From NCBI GenBank assembly GCA_031256755.1, contig JAIRPZ010000140.1, positions 1 through 42,567 on the forward strand: DNA of 42,567 nt, in the 5' to 3' direction. This document shows positions 32,280 through 41,148 of the stretch, piece by piece (position 1 is the first letter of the stretch; every line of letters starts with the position of its first letter). This stretch comes from Planctomycetaceae bacterium (lineage in GTDB: Bacteria; Planctomycetota; Planctomycetia; Pirellulales; Thermoguttaceae). The position numbers and the translations under genes are program-made. The notes beneath the pieces are model-generated. The model was not told the DNA's origin. It saw only the letters and a program-made list of their open reading frames with translations, and made no database searches.

Positions 32280-33782
32280 ATGAAACCATTTCCGCCATCA
32301 CCGCACCGATCAAACAATGAATACACCGAATGTGTTTCTGTGAACGCTGCCGGTACAGACGAACGTCTTTCATCGAATTTGCTTCACATTTATCTCCGGC
32401 AGATGAAGGATGCCTCTTGTTTACAGCCGGCAGAGGAAACCGCCGTTGCCGAGGAAATCAACAAAAAACGGGAAATTTACTACAACCTGATCAACAGTTC
32501 GGATTTTGCCGTCGTAAAGGTTTTGGCAATGCTGCGTTATGCGCTGAACAAAAAAGTCCGGCTCGACCGCTGCATTGATTTTTCGGTTTTTCCTTCTTCC
32601 GCACAGCAAACTGTTAAACGGACTTGCCGGATGCAAACCGAAACCCTGCAAAAGATACTCAACGCCAACCGGAACGATTTCGAACAGAGTCTTCATACGG
32701 AACTGTCCGGCGATGAAAAAGATTTTTACCGAAAACGGATTCAGGAACGGCGGAGTCATGCCGCCCGCATTATTCGGGAAATGGGTGTGCGGATGTCCAG
32801 AATTCTCCCGCAGTTGCCGCAGTTGCACCGGCTTGTCAGCCGGTTGACTCAATTACAGACGCAACTTGCGGACACGCCGTGCGGGAAAACATACGGGCGA
32901 TCTTCCGTACAAACGGCGGTCTCCGAGCAGGAAGAACGAATCGGGAAAATCCGCCGCAGAATCTGTTTTTTGCAGCGGATACTGGCGGAGAGTCCTGAAT
33001 CTGCCGGCGAATATCTTGAACGGCTGGAAACTGCCGGAAGAGAATACAGCGAAGCCAAAAATTACCTTGCATCGCATAACCTCCGCCTTGTTGTTGCGGT
33101 TGCCAAGAAGTATCAGCACCGCGGTTTGAGTTTCCTTGACATGATTCAGGAAGGGAATATCGGGCTATTGAAAGCCGCAGATCGGTTTCAGTACCGGCAA
33201 TCGTCCCGATTCGGTACTTTTGCGGTGTGGTGGATTCGTCAGGCAATTTTGAGAGGCATTGCTGACAGCAGCAGAACGGTGCGTGTGCCAGTTTATACAC
33301 AGGCATTGCTGACGCTCATTCATAAGACCATGCGCCGCTTGGAAAATGAAACGGGCAATCCGCCGTCGCTGGAGCAGACCGCTGCCCGCTGCAAATTGCC
33401 GGCCGGTGAAGTGGTGCGGATTCTGCAATATGAACTTCCGATGATTTCTCTGGATAATCCGTCGCCCTGTGTGAATGGCGGAACGAGCATCAATCCTGAT
33501 GAAGTGCTGGCGGTGAATCACAATAATCCTGCGGAAATTTTTGCCAATGAGGTTTCCGTGCGTACTCAGATTGATAATGTGATGAATGATCTTTCCAAAC
33601 GCGAGCAGGATATTATCCGGCGGCGTTACGGATTGTTGGACGGCTCGATCTACACGCTGGACGAATTAGGGCGGATGTTCTCGTTAACCCGTGAAAGGAT
33701 TCGGCAAATCGAGGTAGGGGCGATCAGAAAACTGCGCCGCCCGGTTTGTTCCCAAAAATTGGGAACACTTCTGATAAAATGA
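32280..33782 (+). CDS. sigma-70-family RNA polymerase sigma factor (RpoD-like regions 1.2, 2, 3, 4 with a long non-conserved insert)
   Basis: NLRLVVAVAKKYQHRGLSFLDMIQEGNIGLLKAADRFQY...FGTFAVWWIRQAILRGI (region 2). YTLDELGRMFSLTRERIRQIEVGAIRKLR (region 4.2). The start is uncertain: ATG 32280 or GTG 32226. Confidence 0.85.
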   Translation: MKPFPPSPHRSNNEYTECVSVNAAGTDERLSSNLLHIYLRQMKDASCLQPAEETAVAEEINKKREIYYNLINSSDFAVVKVLAMLRYALNKKVRLDRCIDFSVFPSSAQQTVKRTCRMQTETLQKILNANRNDFEQSLHTELSGDEKDFYRKRIQERRSHAARIIREMGVRMSRILPQLPQLHRLVSRLTQLQTQLADTPCGKTYGRSSVQTAVSEQEERIGKIRRRICFLQRILAESPESAGEYLERLETAGREYSEAKNYLASHNLRLVVAVAKKYQHRGLSFLDMIQEGNIGLLKAADRFQYRQSSRFGTFAVWWIRQAILRGIADSSRTVRVPVYTQALLTLIHKTMRRLENETGNPPSLEQTAARCKLPAGEVVRILQYELPMISLDNPSPCVNGGTSINPDEVLAVNHNNPAEIFANEVSVRTQIDNVMNDLSKREQDIIRRRYGLLDGSIYTLDELGRMFSLTRERIRQIEVGAIRKLRRPVCSQKLGTLLIK

Positions 33783-33842
33783 CCGGTCAAAGAGCAACTG
33801 GCAGCGATCCGGCAAAATCTCTGACCGGGGATTATTTTTTTT
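33783..33842 (+). terminator. probable intrinsic terminator after the sigma-factor gene
   Basis: CCGGTCAAAGAG (33783-33794) pairs with CTCTGACCGG (33819-33828) with one 2-nt bulge. A T8 run follows at 33835-33842. Confidence 0.45.
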
Positions 33843-33851
33843 GCGGCTTTC

Positions 33852-33859
33852 TGTAAAAT
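33852..33859 (+). promoter_or_regulatory. -10 box TGTAAAAT for glyA
   Basis: TAAAAT at 33854-33859 is preceded by TG, 42 nt upstream of ATG 33901. Confidence 0.3.
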
Positions 33860-33900
33860 GTACGTCCCTTCAATTTTTGTAAAACCTTTATCTGCCCTGA

Positions 33901-35217
33901 ATGGAACGATACCCTCATCTGAAACAGAGCGATCCCGAAATTTATGAACTCATCCGAAAACAGGCGGATTACGAATCCGGTACGCTCAAAATGATTGCGT
34001 CCGAAAGTTACGCCTCGTTTTCCGTTCTCGAAGCGTGCGGTTCAACGCTGACCAACAAATACGCTGAAGGGTATCCCGGCGCACGGTATTACGAAGGTAA
34101 CGAATTTGTCGATAAAATCGAAAATCTTGCCATTGAAAGAGGGAAAGCCCTGTTTGGAGCGGAACATATTAACGTGCAGCCGTACAGCGGTTCGCCGGCA
34201 AATCATGCGGTTTATCAGGCATTGCTCAAAACCGGCGACAAACTGATGGGCATGCCGGTGCCGAGCGGCGGACATCTCACACACGGCTGGAAAGCCAATT
34301 TTTCCGGCACCGACTATGTGCAAATTCCTTACGGACCAGACCCCGGCACCGGCAAATTTGATATGGATCAAATCCGGGAAACCGCCCGGAAAGAGCGTCC
34401 GAAAATGATTTGGGTCGGTGCAACGGCGTATCCGCACAAAATCGAATACAAAGATTTCCGTGCCGTTGCCGACGAAATTGACGCTTATCTCGTTGCCGAC
34501 ATTGCTCACATCAACGCCCTGATTATTGCCGGTGTTCATCCTGATCCTGTGCCGGTTTGCGATATTGTCACGAGTACCAGCCACAAAATGCTTCGGGGAC
34601 CCCGCGCCGGTTTTCTGCTCTCGAAAACCGAAGATCGGTTTCAGCAAAAGTATTTTCCGGGCAGCAAACTCAATTTAGCCCAGCGGGTGGACAGGGCGGT
34701 TTTTCCCGGCTTGCAAGGCGGTCCGCACTTGGCGGTGATTGCAGCAATGGCGGCGGCATTTAAGGAAGCGTCAACGCCCGAATTCAAAGAATACGGCAGG
34801 CAGATTGTCAAAAATGCGAAAGCGTTAGCCGAGGCGGTTTTGGCAAAGGGCTATGCCCTTGCTGGCGGCGGAACGGACACACATTTGCTGATTTTGGATT
34901 TCCGCAAGCCCGTTCACGGCAGGGAATTGACCGGTAAAGAGGCGGCGAAAGCGTTGGCGGAAGCGGGAATTATCGCCAATTTCAATATGGTGCCGGGCGA
35001 TCACCGCAGTCCGTTTGTCACAAGCGGCGTGCGGCTCGGCACGCCGTCACTGACGGCAATGGGCATGAAGGAACCGGAAATGCAAAAAATTGCCGGCTGG
35101 ATCGACCGTGTCTGCAAAAACATTGCCGCTATTGAAACGGAAGCACCGAAAATCCGGCAAGAAATTGCCGAGTTTTGTAAGCAATTCACGGTACCGGGAA
35201 TCCGCAGTATTCTCTGA
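33901..35217 (+). CDS. glyA: serine hydroxymethyltransferase
   Basis: MIASESYAS, GGHLTHGW and the PLP-lysine motif TSTSHKMLRGPRAG. Confidence 0.95.
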   Translation: MERYPHLKQSDPEIYELIRKQADYESGTLKMIASESYASFSVLEACGSTLTNKYAEGYPGARYYEGNEFVDKIENLAIERGKALFGAEHINVQPYSGSPANHAVYQALLKTGDKLMGMPVPSGGHLTHGWKANFSGTDYVQIPYGPDPGTGKFDMDQIRETARKERPKMIWVGATAYPHKIEYKDFRAVADEIDAYLVADIAHINALIIAGVHPDPVPVCDIVTSTSHKMLRGPRAGFLLSKTEDRFQQKYFPGSKLNLAQRVDRAVFPGLQGGPHLAVIAAMAAAFKEASTPEFKEYGRQIVKNAKALAEAVLAKGYALAGGGTDTHLLILDFRKPVHGRELTGKEAAKALAEAGIIANFNMVPGDHRSPFVTSGVRLGTPSLTAMGMKEPEMQKIAGWIDRVCKNIAAIETEAPKIRQEIAEFCKQFTVPGIRSIL

Positions 35218-35347
35218 AGCAGCGTTACCTGAAACTGTCCCGCTGCATAAAAAATGCCGTGAGAATAAATGTGTCTTTTCTGCCGCTGCCCGTATTTCCG
35301 GCGGCGGATCAATGACTTCGCCCGCCTGCCGAAGCGGATAGGAATCA

Positions 35348-35803
35348 TTAGGAATTTTCGGCAGCCGTTTCCGGTGCGGCAACGGGTTCGGTTTCTGCGG
35401 GTGTTGCTGCCGGAATTTCCGCCTCTGCCTGCCCCTGTTCGGCTTTCTTTTTCTTGACGATTTTTTCCGGTTTCGGCAAATCGGTTGGTACGGACGGGCG
35501 GCGGCGGCTCGTTGCCAAACGTTCAACGGCGGCTTGTTGCTGGGCGAGGTGAGTTCCTTTGGAACCGTATTTTTTAATCAGAACGGCAACTTTGTCTGAC
35601 GGCTGTGCGCCGACACCGAGCCAATAATCAATCCGTTCCCCGTTTAATTTTGCCCGGGCATCGGTTTCGGGAACCATCGGATCATAAAATCCGACTTCTT
35701 CAAGAACGCGTCCGTCGCGGGGCGAGCGGACATCGGTTACACAAACACGGAAAAACGGACGGTGAAGCCGCCCGAACTTTTTCATACGAATTCTAACTGC
35801 CAA
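35348..35803 (-). CDS. rpsP: 30S ribosomal protein S16 with a roughly 65-aa charged/Ala-Pro-rich C-terminal extension
   Basis: MAVRIRMKKFGRLHRPFFRVCVTDVRSPRDGRVLEEVGFYDP. The start is TTG 35803, preceded by GAAGGAGA. Confidence 0.9.
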   Translation of the reverse strand: MAVRIRMKKFGRLHRPFFRVCVTDVRSPRDGRVLEEVGFYDPMVPETDARAKLNGERIDYWLGVGAQPSDKVAVLIKKYGSKGTHLAQQQAAVERLATSRRRPSVPTDLPKPEKIVKKKKAEQGQAEAEIPAATPAETEPVAAPETAAENS

Positions 35804-35851
35804 CGGAATCTCCTTCTATTATTCTGACTTACTGACAACATGTCTCTGCTT

Positions 35852-35879
35852 ATTTTACCGCAACTTCGGAACCTGTCAA
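35852..35879 (-). promoter_or_regulatory. sigma-70 promoter TTGACA-16 nt-TAAAAT for rpsP
   Basis: On the minus strand, -35 TTGACA is at 35879-35874 and -10 TAAAAT at 35857-35852, giving a leader of about 42 nt with a strong SD. Confidence 0.6.
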
Positions 35880-35886
35880 GATATGC

Positions 35887-36016
35887 GGCAGTCCTTACAC
35901 GTCGCCTGCAAAGTCCTAAAACTCACAAATATTAGACAATATAGGCAATTTAGGAAGGTATTTTCACTGTCTTTTACGGCAAAAAAACGACTTTGCAGGT
36001 GACGTGGCAGTCCTTA
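35887..36016. repeat. 18-bp inverted repeat (17/18) flanking a 73-bp AT-rich spacer, with 11-bp direct repeats GGCAGTCCTTA on the outside
   Basis: CACGTCGCCTGCAAAGTC (35898-35915) against GACTTTGCAGGTGACGTG (35989-36006). GGCAGTCCTTA occurs at 35887-35897 and 36006-36016, and the second copy ends on the kinase stop codon. Confidence 0.8.
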
Positions 36017-38917
36017 CCGCGGCGTGTGCCGTCCCCATTTCTGAATGGCTTTCGCCAATAACTCCGCATCAATCGGTTTCGATACATAATCATCCATCCC
36101 CGATTCAAGGCACTTTTCCCGATCTCCGCTCATCGCATGCGCCGTCATCGCTATAATCGGTACAGACGGATTCAATACACCCGCTCTGCCGGAACGAATC
36201 TCCGCCGTACATTGATAACCGTCCATCTCCGGCATCTGGCAGTCCATCAAAACAATGTCATAATCGCCGTCACGCATCTTGTCCAACGCCGCCAAGCCGT
36301 TTTCCGCAACATCCAACTGATGCCCCATCGCCTGAATCATCCCCGCCGCCACCAGCACATTGATCTTCACATCTTCAACCAGCAGAATCCGCTGCGGCAG
36401 CAACGGCGGCATAATGAAACCGCTTTTCAACGCCTCTTCCAATTCCGCCGCCATACCCAATGCCGACATCACCTCGTTCAGCAAACGCCGCCGTTTCACC
36501 GGCTTCGTCAAAAATCCGGACTGACCCGGTATCGACAACGATGCCGGATCAAGCGGCGATCCCAAAGCCAGTACCGCAATCGTTTTAACCGAAAGTCCGG
36601 CAAACGCCGGCTTCATGCCGTCCGGCGGAAAACCGGGATATTCGCAGTCCGTGAAAACAAGATCATACGGCGTTTTGTGCCGCTGCATCGTTTTGATCTT
36701 GTCAATCATTTCTTCCGGCGTTGCCGCTTCGTCAATCACCGCCCCTGTCTCCTGCAATATCTGCCGCCACGCCTGACGCGTTGTCGGATGCAACTCAAAC
36801 ACCAGAATTCGTACCGCCGACAAATCCGGCAGCAGATTCTCCTTTCCCGCCGCCTCTGCCGCCTCATCTGTTTCCAGCGTGACCGTGAATTCAAACGTCG
36901 TGCCTCTGCCTTCTTCGCTGTTCATGGTAATGCCGCCGTCCATCATTTCCACTAACTTTTTACAGATCGAAAGACCAAGACCCGTCCCGCCGAAACGCCG
37001 CGTCGTTGAACCGTCCGCCTGACTAAAAGGCAAAAACAGCGAATCCTGCGCTTCCTTTTTAATACCGATCCCGGTATCAATGACCGCGCAACGGATTTTG
37101 CAGTGTTTGTCGTCCGACTTGTCCCGCGTCACACGAATCGTGATTTCCCCCTCGCTGGTAAATTTGACCGCATTGTTCGCAAGGTTCAGCACGATCTGCC
37201 GCAAACGCCCGTCATCGCCGTAAACCACCGGCGAAACAGCGTTGTCGTAAATCAAAGCGATCCGCAGCCCTTTCGAATGCGACACCAACGCCGCCGACTC
37301 GCAGGCATCTTCAAACACGTCCCGCGGATCAAACGGACGGCGTTCAAAGATCATTTTCTTCGCCTCGATTTTGGAAAAATCCAGAATGTCGTTGATAATC
37401 GAAATGAGGGACTTGGCACTCTGCCGGATCGTTTGAACGTACTGCGTTTGCAGATTCGTCATGTCGGTTTTTGCCAGCAGGTTCGTCAAACCGATAATGC
37501 CGTTCATCGGTGTCCGTATTTCGTGACTCATATTGGCCAGAAATTCGCTTTTCGCCCGGTTTGCTTCTTCGGCGGCTTCCAGCCGGCGTTTCTCTGTAAT
37601 GTCGGTGCAGAAACCTTCCGAAATGCTGAAATTCGGATCATCGGGGGACACTTCTACCACGCGGCTCCGTTCCCAAATCCAGTGGATACTGCCGTCTCTG
37701 TGAACCCACCGGTACGTGGCTTCGAGCGGCTGACCGACATAGAGCGTGGATTCATTTGCCTGCATCAGCATTTCACGGTCGTCCGGGTGAACAAGATCAA
37801 AAAACGTAATGTTTTTATTGTTGATCAAATCTTCCGGCTCATAACCGGTCAAATCCTTAATGCCGACACTGACGTAAGTCATGGTGTAATGCGGTGCGTT
37901 GTTGATGCAGCGGAACGCCATTCCGGGCAGATTGGCCACGAGCGTTGCCATTTGCCGCTGACTGTCCGCCCGTCGTGATGCTTCGATGGCGGTTGCCACA
38001 AAGTCGGCGATGGTTGCGCCGAAAAGTTGTTCTTCGGTTGTCCAGTAGCGGGGAAGACCGGCGTGTTCCGTGCAGATGACACCGAAGATTTCGCCGCCGA
38101 CGCGGATCGGACAATCCAGCAGGGCGCGGATACCGCCGAGACCGTAAGATGCCGCCATACCGGGCAAAACGGTATCGGTTTCGGTGTCGGGAATGTTAAT
38201 GTTCCGCAGCGTCTTGACCAGTTGAACGTATTCGGGATAGGGCTGGAGGTCGAAGTCCTCTTCCACGGAAAACGAATCGGTCGCATTGGTATACATTGCC
38301 AAATTTTGCAGTGCGCCGGCATGCTGATTGAGCCGCCACACGCCGCACCGGACGGAACCGAGAACGCGTGAGGCGGTGCGTGCGACGACTTTGGCAAACT
38401 CCGGGACATCGCCTTCGGCAAGAGCCGGATGTTTGTTCAGTTCGATCAGGGCTTGGTTGTGAAGTTTCAGGACGTTTTCCTGTTTTTCTGCGGCGGCGAG
38501 TTTATCTTCGTTGCCGGCAACTTTTATGGTGCTTTTGAAGACCATGGCAACGGCATTTTGTCCGTCCCACCGGACTGCCAGTACGGAGATTTCGCCCTGC
38601 CATGCCCCGTGACTGACGGAGACGCGGATAATTTCGCGCGGGAGTGCGGAGCGTTCCCGGATGGTTTGAAACATTGAGGCGATGCGTTCGTGGGAATCGA
38701 TGAGTTGTATGAGTTCGGGACAATGTCCTTCGGCATCGGGGACCCAGAAAATATGGCGGAAGGCGTGATTATGCCAAAGGATGTGTTTCTGTTCGGCATG
38801 GACGACGGCAAACGGTTCGCCGGATTCCTGCAAGAGGAGGATGGCGAGATCGTTATTGGCACTGTTGTTTTCGGGAGTTGCGGCGGGATTATGAACAGCG
38901 GACAGGTGACGCGGCAT
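36014..38917 (-). CDS. hybrid sensor histidine kinase (PAS-GAF-PAS-HisKA-HATPase plus two receiver-like domains)
   Basis: H-box [26 protein letters not shown] boxes [10 protein letters not shown] and [20 protein letters not shown]-terminal receiver [10 protein letters not shown]...[15 protein letters not shown]...PIIAMTAH. Start moved to ATG 38917 because ATG 38974 lies in the promoter spacer. Confidence 0.9.
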   Translation of the reverse strand: MPRHLSAVHNPAATPENNSANNDLAILLLQESGEPFAVVHAEQKHILWHNHAFRHIFWVPDAEGHCPELIQLIDSHERIASMFQTIRERSALPREIIRVSVSHGAWQGEISVLAVRWDGQNAVAMVFKSTIKVAGNEDKLAAAEKQENVLKLHNQALIELNKHPALAEGDVPEFAKVVARTASRVLGSVRCGVWRLNQHAGALQNLAMYTNATDSFSVEEDFDLQPYPEYVQLVKTLRNINIPDTETDTVLPGMAASYGLGGIRALLDCPIRVGGEIFGVICTEHAGLPRYWTTEEQLFGATIADFVATAIEASRRADSQRQMATLVANLPGMAFRCINNAPHYTMTYVSVGIKDLTGYEPEDLINNKNITFFDLVHPDDREMLMQANESTLYVGQPLEATYRWVHRDGSIHWIWERSRVVEVSPDDPNFSISEGFCTDITEKRRLEAAEEANRAKSEFLANMSHEIRTPMNGIIGLTNLLAKTDMTNLQTQYVQTIRQSAKSLISIINDILDFSKIEAKKMIFERRPFDPRDVFEDACESAALVSHSKGLRIALIYDNAVSPVVYGDDGRLRQIVLNLANNAVKFTSEGEITIRVTRDKSDDKHCKIRCAVIDTGIGIKKEAQDSLFLPFSQADGSTTRRFGGTGLGLSICKKLVEMMDGGITMNSEEGRGTTFEFTVTLETDEAAEAAGKENLLPDLSAVRILVFELHPTTRQAWRQILQETGAVIDEAATPEEMIDKIKTMQRHKTPYDLVFTDCEYPGFPPDGMKPAFAGLSVKTIAVLALGSPLDPASLSIPGQSGFLTKPVKRRRLLNEVMSALGMAAELEEALKSGFIMPPLLPQRILLVEDVKINVLVAAGMIQAMGHQLDVAENGLAALDKMRDGDYDIVLMDCQMPEMDGYQCTAEIRSGRAGVLNPSVPIIAMTAHAMSGDREKCLESGMDDYVSKPIDAELLAKAIQKWGRHTPR

Positions 38918-38957
38918 AGGTGAAACGGAATAACGCAGAAATTGGGACAGGGGGAGT

Positions 38958-38985
38958 ATTATAGCCGAAAACATCCGGCGGTCAA
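38958..38985 (-). promoter_or_regulatory. sigma-70 promoter TTGACC-16 nt-TATAAT for the histidine kinase gene
   Basis: On the minus strand, -35 is at 38985-38980 and -10 at 38963-38958. Confidence 0.6.
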
Positions 38986-39010
38986 GAATTTTGCCCGGCG
39001 GACTGTTTTT

Positions 39011-39143
39011 AATTGATAATTGATAATGGAGAATTGATAATTAAAAGACGGCAGATTGCAGACAGCAGACGGCAGCAGAGGAATTCCCGTTCTTGCTGCC
39101 GTCTGCTATCTGCGGTCTGCAAACTAATTATCGATTATCAATT
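39011..39143. repeat. palindromic heptanucleotide-repeat element H2 (19 in-phase heptads)
   Basis: AATTGAT AATTGAT AATGGAG AATTGAT AATTAAA AGACGGC AGATTGC AGACAGC AGACGGC AGCAGAG GAATTCC CGTTCTT GCTGCCG TCTGCTA TCTGCGG TCTGCAA ACTAATT ATCGATT ATCAATT. The two halves are complementary, and the core is related to 11231-11363. Confidence 0.9.
39043..39124 (-). terminator. intrinsic terminator of the TPR-like gene formed by the GC arms of element H2
   Basis: On the minus strand, a roughly 31-bp imperfect stem (39124-39092 with 39079-47) is followed directly by TTTT (39046-39043) and AT-rich sequence. It begins 38 nt after the stop codon at 39162. Confidence 0.55.
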
Positions 39144-39161
39144 AAAACGTTTCCCGCTCTC

Positions 39162-40949
39162 TCATTTGTTTCCGGCAGTTTTTTCCTTTTCCTTTTCCTT
39201 TTCCTTTTCTTTCCGATACTGGTCAAGGGCTTTGCGGAACACCGCAACTTCCGGGGCAAACCGGACAGCTTTTTCCTGCGTCTGGACGGCTTCGTCAATT
39301 TTACCGGCAGAAAAATAAACATACGCCAGCGTGTCAAGAAAACTCGGATCATCCGTCCGCACCCGCAAAGCACGCTCAACCATTGCCAATGCGGTCTCAT
39401 AATGACCGTCCGTGTGCGCCAGCAGCCACGCCGCCCGGTTACATTTCACCTCAAGCGGATGCGGCTGCCATGACATATAAATCACATTCCAAAGATGCCA
39501 CAGCATTTGCTGCAAACGCGGAACATAATACTCATCGCCCGCCTGCGGCAGCATTTTGTTCGCCTCATACGCAAGAATAAGCCAGTCGTCATCAACGATA
39601 GCCGCCATCGCCGAGGAATTCGAATTAATGATCTGCCGCGTCAATGCCGTCACCGGAACCGGTTTCGGTCCCGGCAAATTGGAAGCCGCCCATTCCAAAT
39701 ACGCTGCCGTTTTGGCGTGAACCTCTTTCCAGTCCTCTTTTTCTTCCGCAATTTTCGCTTCACAATAAGATTTCTGCCGTTTCAATGCGGGAATCAATGC
39801 TGCCGAATCGCTGAATTTGCGGGTATATTCCTGTCCGCCGACAATCTGTATCTGCTTGTCGATAAAGCCGATAGCGGCAGGATAGTCGGCAAGAAGCATC
39901 GCCGTGTCGGCGGCTTGGGAACATGCCTGACTTTGAAGAGACACGTGTCCGTCCGCAATCACCAACTGAAAATGAGATGTCGCCCAATGCAGACGGTAAC
40001 GCTGTCTCAACCAACGCCCCGCATAAAAATGCTCTTTCATCGGCAGCGAATCGTCCAAATCGACCAATTGCTTTTCCAATGAACCGACCGGTACGGATTT
40101 AACGGCAAGTGCCGCCGCAACCGTTTTGTCCCGATCTTCCGTAAAACCGGCATATTCCTGCAATTCGGCAGCGGCATAGTGCAGCAGAATATCGATCCGG
40201 CTTCCGGGGCAGAGCGAACTCTCCGGCATTTTCAATAAATTCAATGTTTTTTCCGCCACAGACCGGACTTTATTTTGGAATTCTTCACCGGTTTTCTTTT
40301 CCGTTTCTTCCATAGCACAGCGGATTTCGGCAAATTCAACGAGCGTTTTCAGGATTTCATCGTTTCCGGTATGCTGAAAAGCGTTCTGAATATGCTGATA
40401 CCAGCGTTTCCGCTGCTGCGGCAGTTCGGGCGGCGAAGCAATCAATGCTTTCACGGCTTCCATACGCAGCGCATTGTTTCCGTCGAATCGTGCAATCCGG
40501 CACAATGTCGGCAGCCCTTTTCCGCCGGCGGCATCGGAAAAAGGATCGGCAAAAAGCCAAATGATCCGGGCTTGTGTGACGGGATCGTTTCCGACCATAT
40601 ATTGCCGTATCCAAAAGCCGATTTCCTGATCTTCCTGATTCAGAAAGGAAAGTTCGATTTTATTGAGGATACTTTCGGCACGCCGGGCGATTTCGAGGTC
40701 GTTGCTTAATTTTGCCCGCTGCAACTCCGGGTAGGCGAGCAACCCGGTGCGGATTAAAAATGCTTCGGAACGCTGCCGTACCAGAAAACTTGGATCGCCG
40801 AGTTGCTGCACCCATTTGCCGATTTGATTTGGCAGTGTTTCTTCCTGCACCGGCGGATTGACCGGTGTTTTTTCTTCATCGCCGGCAGCCCAGCCGCCGG
40901 ATAGTGTTAGCAATAGCCCTGTCGAAAAGCAAAAAAAATACTTGTTCAT
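39162..40949 (-). CDS. exported TPR/HEAT-like repeat protein with a (KE)n tail
   Basis: Signal-like MNKYFFCFSTGLLLTLSGGWAAG. Helical repeat composition, a C-terminal TPR-like FLDTLAYVYFSAGKIDEAVQTQEKAVRFAP, and the tail RKEKEKEKEKEKTAGNK. Confidence 0.7.
   Translation of the reverse strand: MNKYFFCFSTGLLLTLSGGWAAGDEEKTPVNPPVQEETLPNQIGKWVQQLGDPSFLVRQRSEAFLIRTGLLAYPELQRAKLSNDLEIARRAESILNKIELSFLNQEDQEIGFWIRQYMVGNDPVTQARIIWLFADPFSDAAGGKGLPTLCRIARFDGNNALRMEAVKALIASPPELPQQRKRWYQHIQNAFQHTGNDEILKTLVEFAEIRCAMEETEKKTGEEFQNKVRSVAEKTLNLLKMPESSLCPGSRIDILLHYAAAELQEYAGFTEDRDKTVAAALAVKSVPVGSLEKQLVDLDDSLPMKEHFYAGRWLRQRYRLHWATSHFQLVIADGHVSLQSQACSQAADTAMLLADYPAAIGFIDKQIQIVGGQEYTRKFSDSAALIPALKRQKSYCEAKIAEEKEDWKEVHAKTAAYLEWAASNLPGPKPVPVTALTRQIINSNSSAMAAIVDDDWLILAYEANKMLPQAGDEYYVPRLQQMLWHLWNVIYMSWQPHPLEVKCNRAAWLLAHTDGHYETALAMVERALRVRTDDPSFLDTLAYVYFSAGKIDEAVQTQEKAVRFAPEVAVFRKALDQYRKEKEKEKEKEKTAGNK
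39181..39210. repeat. hexanucleotide microsatellite (TTTTCC)4 TTTTCT inside the 3' end of the TPR-like gene
   Basis: Read directly from the sequence. It encodes the KEKEKEKEKE tail on the minus strand. Confidence 0.9.
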
Positions 40950-40970
40950 TGCTGCCGGAAAATCAATAGA

Positions 40971-41128
40971 CGGGAAAATTCCGCTGCTTATTCTAGCAAA
41001 AAGAAATACGGTTTCAAGCCGGACTGCTTCCTGTTCTTTCGCTTTCCGTTTTTCATTTTTGCGGGAAATTGACCCAAAAAGGCAAAAAAATTATTTTTTT
41101 GCTCCCCCCTAGTGGGAAACTTGCCCAA
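40971..41128. promoter_or_regulatory. three related partly palindromic boxes yGGGAAA-N-TT..C.C (candidate operator set, possibly MraZ)
   Basis: CGGGAAAATTCCGC (40971-40984), GCGGGAAATTGACCCAA (41061-41077) and GTGGGAAACTTGCCCAA (41112-41128). The last is 12/15 self-complementary (TGGGAAACTTGCCCA). Confidence 0.4.
40990..41017 (-). promoter_or_regulatory. sigma-70 promoter TTGAAA-16 nt-TGcTAGAAT for the TPR-like gene
   Basis: On the minus strand, -35 is at 41017-41012 and -10 at 40995-40990, with TG at 40998-40997. Confidence 0.55.
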
Positions 41129-41132
41129 TCCA

Positions 41133-41141
41133 TGATATACT
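41133..41141 (+). promoter_or_regulatory. extended -10 promoter TGaTATACT 7 nt upstream of the mraZ ATG (leaderless arrangement)
   Basis: The sequence reads catGATATACTgttccccATG. Confidence 0.45.
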
Positions 41142-41148
41142 GTTCCCC

